A stretch of DNA of 64,000 bases from Oceanispirochaeta sp. GTDB taxonomy: Bacteria; Spirochaetota; Spirochaetia; DSM-2461. The position numbers and the translations under genes are program-made. Shown here one piece after another: positions 1 through 8,253 of this stretch. The stretch covers positions 192,001-256,000 of the forward strand of contig CAXXXD010000004.1 in NCBI GenBank assembly GCA_963663385.2. Reading direction: 5' to 3'. How positions within the stretch are numbered: position 1 is the stretch's first letter; every line of letters starts with the position of its first letter. The notes below the pieces were generated by a model. The model saw only the letters and a list, made by a program, of their open reading frames with translations. It was not told where the DNA came from and searched no databases.

Positions 1-251
1 AGGATATTGATAAGGTGATCAGAGAAACCTATCTGGATAAACTGCCTGAGGGTTTGAACTGTACCGTGCGGACCACCATCGGCAATGTAGGCAGCGAGAT
101 CCTGGCGTATTCCAGAAAGGAGAATGTTGATCTGATCGTGATCGGCCGGGGCGCCGGATCAAATATGATTAACCGCCTGCTGGGGGACTTTATCAAGAAA
201 CTGATCCATAAAAGCCACTGCCCCGTACTGGTCATACCGGAAGAAAGCTGA
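1..251 (+). CDS. Universal stress protein (Usp family), C-terminal part; the gene probably starts before the window
   Basis: 'GNVGSEILAYSRKENVDLIVIGRG...LLGDFIKKLIHKSHCPVLVIP' matches the Usp C-terminal signature (DLIVxG...CPVLV). Confidence 0.85.
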   Translation, partial: DIDKVIRETYLDKLPEGLNCTVRTTIGNVGSEILAYSRKENVDLIVIGRGAGSNMINRLLGDFIKKLIHKSHCPVLVIPEES

Positions 252-278
252 GTTTGAGGAATCCGGAGTCCATTGCCT

Positions 279-1706
279 TCAGTCTCCGGCTTTCCAGGGG
301 TGCAGCTTTTTACGGACAGCTTTATCTTCGTACATTCTGCTGTCTGCTGCGGAAAGCAGGCTTTTATAATCCGTTCCATCTGTCTGGTAATGGGATATTC
401 CGAAACTGAATTTACAGGAAAGGGATCTCCCTTCAAAGTGGAATGGCTGATTTTCAATCAGACTCCGTTGTTTTTCGATACGGGTTTTACATCTGTTGTC
501 TTTTCCGAAGCATACAGCAATAAATTCATCTCCTCCGAATCGGGCAAATATATCAGATGATCGGAACATGCCGCTCATTTTTCCGGCAAAGTGGAGCAGC
601 ATTTCATCACCGGCACTGTGGCTATAGGTATCGTTAATTTTTTTTAAATCGTTCAGATCAAAAAGCACCAGACAGAAACTATCTTTATAGCGTTCGGATC
701 TTTTTAAAATCAGTTCCAGAATACTCTCAAAATAACGGCGGTTGTATAGATTTGTCAGTTTGTCATGTTCGGATTCGTAGGTGGTCCTTTCAAAATTTTT
801 GAACATGCTTATGGCGATGGGGATCTGGGACCGGACGCACTCCATCAGGGCTCTGTCCGTATCATCGAAAATGTTATTTTTCCAGCTGTCCAGGTTAAAC
901 AGGCCGTACAGGGAACCGTTAATCAGGAGAGGAGCGCTCATGGTTGATCGGATCGTTCTCCCTTTGTTGTCAGTAAGGAGAGTATCGGGCATATTGTGTT
1001 TTTCCAGAAAATTCTGAAGGTCGTTAATTATCAGGGTTTCCTTCGGTTCACTATTGGCTTCTTTCCAGTGAAATGTATCTTCCACCTTAATCCGGAAATC
1101 TCCTGTTTCAGCAGGAGGATAACCCCTGGAGGAGGCAATTCTCAGTTGACGGTTTTCATCCAGCAGGAGAACACAGCCTATGACGGCATGGTCAACAGCA
1201 GAGAGTACTTTTTCCAGGATAAGGGAGAATAGTTCATCCTGATTGTTAAGTTCCTGTATGGAGTTGTTGATGGACAGAATCGCATCCTTCAGACGCATGA
1301 CCCTGTCGGCGCTTCTTTCCTTATCGCTTTTCAGCCCCATATCGGATATTGTCCCGGTAGTACCGATAATCGCACCGTCACTATTGGCTGCGGATGTAAT
1401 ATTCAACTGGAAGAACTCGTCATGTCCCCTTTTTTTTAAGGTAAAAGACTGACGGGAACTCCCCTCCATCCTGCTTATTTCATTATCAGCCCGCTTAAAT
1501 GCCTTTTCCGGAGAACCGGAGCAGATATCAGAAATAAGACGACCGGTGATTTCCTCTTTTGAGAGATCAAAAAGGGCGCAGAACTCATCATTGCAGAGGG
1601 ATATCCGAAAATCCCGGTCTCTGAAAAATGCGGGGATGGGTGATGCTTCCATAAAGGCATCCAGTATGGCTTGCGTATCCGCAGCGGACAGGTTTTTTTT
1701 CATCAC
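279..1706 (-). CDS. Sensor diguanylate cyclase (PAS-GAF-GGDEF); the start may be the ATG at 1703
   Basis: N-terminal PAS-like region, GAF-like 'MSAPLLINGSLYGLFNLDS', 'HDKLTNLYNRRYF', and RSSD I-site followed by 'ARFGGDEF'. Confidence 0.9.
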   Translation of the reverse strand: MMKKNLSAADTQAILDAFMEASPIPAFFRDRDFRISLCNDEFCALFDLSKEEITGRLISDICSGSPEKAFKRADNEISRMEGSSRQSFTLKKRGHDEFFQLNITSAANSDGAIIGTTGTISDMGLKSDKERSADRVMRLKDAILSINNSIQELNNQDELFSLILEKVLSAVDHAVIGCVLLLDENRQLRIASSRGYPPAETGDFRIKVEDTFHWKEANSEPKETLIINDLQNFLEKHNMPDTLLTDNKGRTIRSTMSAPLLINGSLYGLFNLDSWKNNIFDDTDRALMECVRSQIPIAISMFKNFERTTYESEHDKLTNLYNRRYFESILELILKRSERYKDSFCLVLFDLNDLKKINDTYSHSAGDEMLLHFAGKMSGMFRSSDIFARFGGDEFIAVCFGKDNRCKTRIEKQRSLIENQPFHFEGRSLSCKFSFGISHYQTDGTDYKSLLSAADSRMYEDKAVRKKLHPWKAGD

Positions 1707-1901
1707 TATCAGTTTAATGGATTTTAATCTGTTAATCGAGAAATTTTTGATTATAGGGCAGATGGAGAACTGGATAATATTTCTGTTGACAGGATTCCGT
1801 CTATTCCATTTATTATAATTTGTTTTGAAGTATCCTTAATACATCTCCGAATGAAAGGACTCTCTGAAATGAAAATCATGATTTTCTCCTCTATCCTGTA
1901 G

Positions 1902-3248
1902 TCACTCCCCCGGAATCAAATCGATAACATAGAAGGTTCCCGGTTCGGTATAGTCCAGGCCGTAGGCGTAGTTCCCTTCAATAGAGAAAATATTGAGACC
2001 TTCCGAAATTGATGAATATAGAACAGGTCTTGCCGGATCCGAGATATCCACAAAATCGGATGCACCGGTGCTGTAGTTGCTGACATACAGATACTTTCCG
2101 ACAATTCCGCCGACTGTGGTTCCGCCCCCATTATCAAAGGTGCTGACAACAGAAAGAGAGGATGGGTCTGTCAGATCAACGAATCTGACCGGACCATTCA
2201 GATCGGAGACACAGGCATAGTTTTGATATATTTGAATAAAACCGCTGAGCATCCCGGGAATTTCCAGAAAATCACCGCCGTCTCCTACAAGATTAATCGC
2301 ACCTAATCCGGGATCTACACCAGTCCCGCCTCCCGGTTGGGTATAAAGCAGAAGATTTCCGGAAACAGCAATATCAAAACCGTCATCTGTGATAGCTCTT
2401 ACATAATCCAGAGACGGATTCTCAGGATCTGATATATCAAACTGCCCAATAACATGACTGTCACCGTCACCGGTATCCTTTCTTAAGGGAGCATATAGAG
2501 AACTGCCGTGAAAAGCGAAGGCATGGGAGCCCGCTTTGTAAGTGTTTCCACCATATGAAAGATCGGCTGAAGCGATTTCCAGAGGAGAGGCACAGTTGGA
2601 GATGTCGTAGACTTTAAACTGCTTGGGATTAAGCGTATCTGTTACATCCAGAACATAAAGATAGTTCCCTGAAACGGCAAGATCATGGCTGGTTTCAATC
2701 CCGGTGATAGACCCGGCAAGAACGGGATTTGTTTTGTCGGATATATCGACTATGGTTACACCGTTTTCAATCCTTGCCAGAAATGCATAATCCTCTTTTA
2801 ACTGTATTCTGTATCCGCCCCCTCCGACGTCAAGAGAACCTATAACCTGGGGATCGGTAGAAGGAATGATTTCAAAACTCCGGGCCTCACTCCAGGGACC
2901 GGCTTCGCTGTCCTTTAACGCCCGCACCCGCCAGTACTTCTGATCACTGATAGTCAGGGCTTCCGGATACTCATACCCGGACTCGGATACCGTGATAATA
3001 TCAGCTCCGTCCAGCTGATCTTCCGCTTCTGCAATCTGAACTTCATAACTTGTTGCCCCCCCGGAATCTTCCCAGTCCAGAAGAGGAGTCTTTTCCGCAA
3101 TCTCAGCTTCGTCTGCCGGTGATATAAGGGTTACTGATCGGGTCCATCCCAGAACCATTTCGTCTATTGTGTCCTTCAGGCCGATGGGGTCGCAGGAGAG
3201 GATAAGTACAAGTGGAAATAACATAAAGACTTTCTTTTTCAAAATCAT
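1902..3248 (-). CDS. Lipoprotein with N-terminal FN3/Ig-like domain and LVIVD-repeat beta-propeller (paralogue 3)
   Basis: Lipobox 'LILSC'; 'PLLDWED...YEVQI...YWRVRA' FN3-like pattern; repeated 'IVDISDKTNP', 'VYDISNCASP', 'FDISDPENP', 'FVDLTDPSS' units. Confidence 0.8.
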   Translation of the reverse strand: MILKKKVFMLFPLVLILSCDPIGLKDTIDEMVLGWTRSVTLISPADEAEIAEKTPLLDWEDSGGATSYEVQIAEAEDQLDGADIITVSESGYEYPEALTISDQKYWRVRALKDSEAGPWSEARSFEIIPSTDPQVIGSLDVGGGGYRIQLKEDYAFLARIENGVTIVDISDKTNPVLAGSITGIETSHDLAVSGNYLYVLDVTDTLNPKQFKVYDISNCASPLEIASADLSYGGNTYKAGSHAFAFHGSSLYAPLRKDTGDGDSHVIGQFDISDPENPSLDYVRAITDDGFDIAVSGNLLLYTQPGGGTGVDPGLGAINLVGDGGDFLEIPGMLSGFIQIYQNYACVSDLNGPVRFVDLTDPSSLSVVSTFDNGGGTTVGGIVGKYLYVSNYSTGASDFVDISDPARPVLYSSISEGLNIFSIEGNYAYGLDYTEPGTFYVIDLIPGE

Positions 3249-3264
3249 CTCCTTTGTTCAGATA

Positions 3265-4569
3265 TCAGTCTCCCGGAATCAGATCTACTACATGCAGTTT
3301 CCCTGTGGAATACTCTGTCCCGTAAAGATAGTTCCCGCTTACCGCATTTACTGAGATAACGGCCTCTTCTGCAGGGATGGTTCCCCACTCTTCAGGAGAT
3401 TCAGGGTCGGTAAGATCCAGGATCAGAACGCTGCCGTTAAACAGGGAAACAAAGGCAAAACGGTCCGCTATTGAGATATTGTTCCCTCCTGCAGAAAGAG
3501 GATAGGCTGCCGCTGAAACAGGATTGGTCACATCTTCGATATCAAAAATTTCAATAGAATTAACATTCATACTCGTGGCATACGCATAGTGGTCATATAC
3601 GGTCACCATACTGTTATCCCAATCGGTCTGGAAATCTGCGGCAGTGCTGCCCACCTCGACATTCCCGTTCATCTGGAGAATCCGGATACCAGTATCATCA
3701 ACCGTGTATACCAGGTAACTCCCGTAGGTATCAAAAGAGTTAACCCTTTTCCCCAATCCGGCAGGATCAATCATTTCGGGAGCAGAATCAAACGCGGAAA
3801 GGATATTGTCAAATCGATAATAACCGTTCCAGCATCCCGCATATAAGCTGGTTCCCCCGTAGAACAGCCCGTACCACTGGTTGTTTATTCCATAAGAATC
3901 CTTTACAGCAACACTGGAAGGATCTGAAATGTCCAGAATATAAACATAATATGGACTGGTTTCGGCAAAACTTTCCGAGACGTAGGCATAATTCCCGGAG
4001 ATATTGATATCCCATACACCGTTTGCAGTGGAGACCGTGTCTATAAGCTCCGGAGCAGAAGGAGAGGTTATGTTAAAAACTTTAATGCCGTTATCTCCTG
4101 CTGACGCATAAAGATAATTTCCCGACACTTCCAGTCCCCAGGCATGTACCCCCAGATCAAGAGTATTGACCAGTTCAGGGCTTGCAGAAGGAACAATCTT
4201 AAAGGTGCGGATATCACTCCAGTCCCCTGTTGATCCGTCGGCAACCGCTCTGACCCGCCAGTACCGTTCGGAACCGAGAGTCAGTTCATCGGGGATTTCA
4301 TACTGCGACTCTGTTACTTCAATTGAAGTAGTGCTTTCAAGCTGATCTTCAGCTCTGACAATCTGAACTTCATAACCTGTTGCTCCCCCGGCGTCCTCCC
4401 AGTCCAGCAGCGGGGTTTTATCTGCTATTCCTTCACCGTCATCCGGAGAGACTACGCTTACCTCCCGGGTCCATCCCAGAACCATTTCGTCTATTGTCTC
4501 CTTTAAGGCGATGTCTTTACAAGAGAAAATCAAAATCAGCGGTAATAGAATCAAAACAGTTCTTTTCAT
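3265..4569 (-). CDS. Lipoprotein with N-terminal FN3/Ig-like domain and LVIVD-repeat beta-propeller (paralogue 2)
   Basis: Lipobox 'LIFSC'; same N-terminal domain; 'VSGNYLYA...IKVFNITSPSAP', 'ISGNYAYV...ILDISDPSS', 'LILDLTDPESP' repeats. Confidence 0.8.
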   Translation of the reverse strand: MKRTVLILLPLILIFSCKDIALKETIDEMVLGWTREVSVVSPDDGEGIADKTPLLDWEDAGGATGYEVQIVRAEDQLESTTSIEVTESQYEIPDELTLGSERYWRVRAVADGSTGDWSDIRTFKIVPSASPELVNTLDLGVHAWGLEVSGNYLYASAGDNGIKVFNITSPSAPELIDTVSTANGVWDINISGNYAYVSESFAETSPYYVYILDISDPSSVAVKDSYGINNQWYGLFYGGTSLYAGCWNGYYRFDNILSAFDSAPEMIDPAGLGKRVNSFDTYGSYLVYTVDDTGIRILQMNGNVEVGSTAADFQTDWDNSMVTVYDHYAYATSMNVNSIEIFDIEDVTNPVSAAAYPLSAGGNNISIADRFAFVSLFNGSVLILDLTDPESPEEWGTIPAEEAVISVNAVSGNYLYGTEYSTGKLHVVDLIPGD

Positions 4570-4589
4570 AATCTACTCCCGGGGTTCCC

Positions 4590-5900
4590 TTAAGGTAATA
4601 AATCCGTAATAACCAGTTTTCCCTTATAGTAATCCACTCCGTAGGCATAATTCCCAATAATTTCACTGATCGGCAGATCTTCTTTTGTTGTATACAGGGT
4701 AGGATTTGTAATGTCTGAAATATCAATAATGCGAAGTTTTTTATCAGGATCTGTTGTTGTAAAAAGGTAGTCCCGATAGACAGCAACCCAGGCTGTAGCC
4801 ATTTCGGGATTATACTCACTTACGTAAGTCAGATTTGAAGGATCAGCTATATCCAGGATAATCAGAGGATGACTGGCATTCAGGCCGTCTGAAACAAACA
4901 GATAGTGGTCAGAAACAGCTGTAAACGCTTCTCCCTGATTGTTAATGGGATAATAATCCAATTGATCCACTTCTCCGAAAAAACTACAGGAGAAAACTCC
5001 TGCATTTGTTGTTACAAAACCGTACCCGCCGCTTAACTCCATATACCATAACGGATCGGTATCTGGAGTGATTTTCTGAAAAACCGGATTCCCGGGGGAT
5101 GCGGGATCCGATATAAGAATTCTTAAAATACCCCATTCTGAACTGTCACCCTGGACTGCAATGTATATGTTATCTCCAAAAAGGACACTGTCCTCAGGAT
5201 CATAATTAACAGAACCTGCCGTCAAAGAACAGGAACTGACAAGTTCGGGAGAAGAGGGATTGGAAATGTCATAAATCTCCAATTGATTATCCATGTCGTT
5301 ATCAACCTGCAGCATATAGAGATACTGATCTTCAACGGATAAATCCTCTACCTTTTTTTCAATCGTTTTCACAAGAACAGGAGCTGAAGGATCTGAAATA
5401 TCAACGATTTTTACACCGACTGAGTCACAGTAGGGAATATAAGCATAATCCCCTTGAATTTCCATTTTATAGGGATTCCCGCCTATATCGAGTTCCCCCA
5501 GCAGAGCAGGGGTATCGGATATAATGATTTTAAAACTGCGGGTTTCACCCCATTCTCCGGCCTCGTCATCCTTTACAGCTCGTACCCGCCAGTAGCGGGT
5601 ATCGCAGATAATCAGTTCGTCTGGTATCTCATACTCCGATTCGGTAGTTTCAATGATCTCTGCTTCTGCGAAATGGTCGATGGATTCAACAATCTGCAGT
5701 TCATACCCGGAGGCTCCTCCCGCATCTTCCCAGTCCAACATGGGTGTTTTTTCAGTCAGCCCGGCATTATCCTTAGGAGAGAGAACACTTACCTCCCGGG
5801 TCCATCCCAGGACCATTTCGTCTATTGTCTCCCTGAGGCTGATGTCATCGCAGGAGAGAATGATTCCAGCCAGAAGAAGCAGGAATATCCCCTTTTTCAT
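4590..5900 (-). CDS. Lipoprotein with N-terminal FN3/Ig-like domain and LVIVD-repeat beta-propeller (paralogue 1)
   Basis: Lipobox 'IILSC'; same N-terminal domain; 'IQGDYAYI...VKIVDISDPSAP', 'IYDISNPSSP', 'IILDIADPSN' repeats. Its start overlaps the stop codon of the upstream gene. Confidence 0.8.
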   Translation of the reverse strand: MKKGIFLLLLAGIILSCDDISLRETIDEMVLGWTREVSVLSPKDNAGLTEKTPMLDWEDAGGASGYELQIVESIDHFAEAEIIETTESEYEIPDELIICDTRYWRVRAVKDDEAGEWGETRSFKIIISDTPALLGELDIGGNPYKMEIQGDYAYIPYCDSVGVKIVDISDPSAPVLVKTIEKKVEDLSVEDQYLYMLQVDNDMDNQLEIYDISNPSSPELVSSCSLTAGSVNYDPEDSVLFGDNIYIAVQGDSSEWGILRILISDPASPGNPVFQKITPDTDPLWYMELSGGYGFVTTNAGVFSCSFFGEVDQLDYYPINNQGEAFTAVSDHYLFVSDGLNASHPLIILDIADPSNLTYVSEYNPEMATAWVAVYRDYLFTTTDPDKKLRIIDISDITNPTLYTTKEDLPISEIIGNYAYGVDYYKGKLVITDLLP

Positions 5901-7993
5901 TCCCCGTCCTCCCAGGGCATCATGCTTGTAAAGCGTTCACTGTCCGAGGCCCTGGTCGTTCCGGCATCCTGCATTTCCAGGTAGGAGTACTCTTCCGCCA
6001 GCAACGGATCAAGATCTTTCAGCTGTCCGTAGGCATCCGCGACCTTGTCGTACTCTTCAATCTGATAGCAGGCCCGGGCGATTCCCAGAAGAACTTTGGG
6101 GGAATCCGGTTTGATCCGGTTCACCTGATTGTAGTAATCAAGAGCTTCCGCATAATCTTCGTTCAGGAAATTAATATTGCCGAGATTGACAAGCGAGGGG
6201 AGGAAGTTATTAGAGCTGACCGCTTTTTTAAACTGCTCTTCCGCCTCATCCTTATAGCCGTAGCGGGCATATAAAACGCCCAGCTTATTGTAGTTCCTGG
6301 GATGCGGATCTTCCTCTATCTTCTTTTTCAGAGCTTCAATCTGCGGACGGAGTTCCCTGTCTATAAAAAGGGCATACTCTTTATTGAATGATTCAGTAAC
6401 TTTTTCCGGGTCCGGCATGGTGATATCAGCCTGAGCAATATCAAACCCAACAGGCTTGTACTGTTCCCATGCCTGGTGGGTGGGATAGAATCCGGCTTTC
6501 AGTTTTGCCGCATTTTCCCGCCATTCCTTTGCTCCGATCTGCCAGGCTTTCAGAAACCCGCCCTCGATTTCGGTGATTTCCACGGGGATCCAGGATTTAT
6601 CTTCCATAAAGATCAGATCTTCAGGTCTGGTAAACTGTTTTTCCGCCTCTTTCTGGGTAATCCCCAGAGAAAAAGCCATAAAGATGTGACCAGGTGTAGT
6701 AACAAAGGCGGTTTCCACACCTACCGCTTCCAGAAGGGCGCAGTTCAGAATGGACAGATCATCGCAGTCTCCGGCTTTGTACTCCAGGCTCTGCATGGGG
6801 AACTGGAGAAAGTCCACGGCTCCGGTGTTACCGGCCAGTTCCGAATAGGGGGTGGCCGGATCGATAACGTAGGCCATCCCGTGCTCCCGGAGGGCTGCAT
6901 TGATACCCATGGCCAGAGCCAGATTTCTGTTTACCCCGGAATCTGTATTATCCTTAACAATTCCCGCGGTATTCTTGGCGAACTTCAGAACCACCGAATC
7001 CTTCGCGGTTACAAAAGCGGCGACACGCCGGTCATCGTCCCAGGTAATGGCGTTTCTGTTCTGAATCTCCTGGGTTTCGACCCGCTCTCTTATATAGCTG
7101 TCGTTATTATAGGTATATTTGATACTGATCTGGGCGGAGACCTTGCTGCCTTCGGAAACTTCCAGGATACTGTTGGTAAACAGTCCGTAAAGGCTGATTT
7201 CCATCTCTTCTCCCGGTTCCAGGGTTGTCGGGGCAGTGCATGTTTTCGGGTTGTCCATATACTGTTTCACGTAGTATGTAACCTCTATATCCTTGATTTT
7301 TTTCTTTTCATGATTCCTGAGAACCGCCGTACCGACCGGATTGTCATCGTAGTAGCTGAAAAAAACGGGAAAGACACTATCCAGGTCGACTTTCAGCAGA
7401 TCGAGTCCCTTTCCGGGTTTGTGCTGCAGAACACCGCCCGTTCCGCCTCCCTTTTGGGAGGGGATTATATTGAAAATAAGTCCGGCGTTAACAAACACCT
7501 GGCTTTCCAGGCCCAGATACTGCCGGTAACCCGCGTCAACCCCAACGCCGAATCGGGAGGAGAACAGCACATAGGCTCCCAGGCCGCCTCCTGCATAGGG
7601 GTAGCCGCCCGAATCATCGCCGTTATGCAGAAACCCGTAATAGTAACCGCCCGAACCGAAGGCCCGGATACTCAGAGTCGGTATGGGATTGAGTTCTAGT
7701 CCGAGGCCGGCGCCGAATGCCATTAGGGAGAGTTCCGTAATGTCTGTTCTCAGGGGAACGTAGTTATATCCCACATCCACGCTTGTATACAGGGCCGGAA
7801 AAAAGGGCATGGAAATCTCTCCGGAGATGTTCCCCCCGTAGTTCAGTTCAAACAGGTCCGAATCCTCACCCATCGGAATGTTTGCCCCGGGAGCTACTTT
7901 CAGAGTCAGCAGTGAATTGAATAAACTCTGTGTGAATACAGGGGTTGCAATAACCACCAGGAACAACAGGAAAAAAAGGTCTCTTCTGCGCAT
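5897..7993 (-). CDS. Exported protein: putative beta-barrel-like N-domain, Ig-like domain, transglutaminase-like (Cys-His-acidic) domain, C-terminal TPRs
   Basis: Start reassigned to ATG 7993 (GGAGG at 8004-8000), giving signal peptide 'MRRRDLFFLLFLVVIATPVFTQ'. Gly/aromatic amphipathic strands; 'GDCDDLSIL', 'TPGHIF', 'WIPVEIT'; TPR helices 'YNKLGVLYARYG', 'LVNLGNINF', 'LLGIARACYQ'. Confidence 0.75.
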   Translation of the reverse strand: MRRRDLFFLLFLVVIATPVFTQSLFNSLLTLKVAPGANIPMGEDSDLFELNYGGNISGEISMPFFPALYTSVDVGYNYVPLRTDITELSLMAFGAGLGLELNPIPTLSIRAFGSGGYYYGFLHNGDDSGGYPYAGGGLGAYVLFSSRFGVGVDAGYRQYLGLESQVFVNAGLIFNIIPSQKGGGTGGVLQHKPGKGLDLLKVDLDSVFPVFFSYYDDNPVGTAVLRNHEKKKIKDIEVTYYVKQYMDNPKTCTAPTTLEPGEEMEISLYGLFTNSILEVSEGSKVSAQISIKYTYNNDSYIRERVETQEIQNRNAITWDDDRRVAAFVTAKDSVVLKFAKNTAGIVKDNTDSGVNRNLALAMGINAALREHGMAYVIDPATPYSELAGNTGAVDFLQFPMQSLEYKAGDCDDLSILNCALLEAVGVETAFVTTPGHIFMAFSLGITQKEAEKQFTRPEDLIFMEDKSWIPVEITEIEGGFLKAWQIGAKEWRENAAKLKAGFYPTHQAWEQYKPVGFDIAQADITMPDPEKVTESFNKEYALFIDRELRPQIEALKKKIEEDPHPRNYNKLGVLYARYGYKDEAEEQFKKAVSSNNFLPSLVNLGNINFLNEDYAEALDYYNQVNRIKPDSPKVLLGIARACYQIEEYDKVADAYGQLKDLDPLLAEEYSYLEMQDAGTTRASDSERFTSMMPWEDGE

Positions 7994-8253
7994 TTCAATC
8001 CTCCAAATGACAACTGAATAATGCTGTTCATATAAAAGGGAAAATGCAGAAAAAGAATGAGGGGGAAGCAGGATCAAAGCGAGTAAGACAACCTGTATCA
8101 ATGCACAATACATTTTACCGCTTTCAGATAATTATAAACCATGTTATTGAGGGTTACAAATCAAACCACTTCTATCTATTGATGGACAGGCATTCATAAT
8201 GCTATCCTGATCCCGGATTTGTTAATAATGAACATTGTAAAAAAAACGGGGTA

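Noticed and set aside
1902..5900. Diversity-generating retroelement or shufflon acting on the lipoprotein array
   Set aside because: No reverse transcriptase, no adenine-specific TR/VR pair, no recombinase and no inverted cassettes. Each gene is complete with its own signal peptide.
6476..7699. 407-aa plus-strand ORF, and similar long antisense ORFs (13781-14593, 44699-45367, 51931-52884, 54884-55786, 62677-63411)
   Set aside because: They lie antisense to well-supported genes and show no motifs; they are shadow ORFs.
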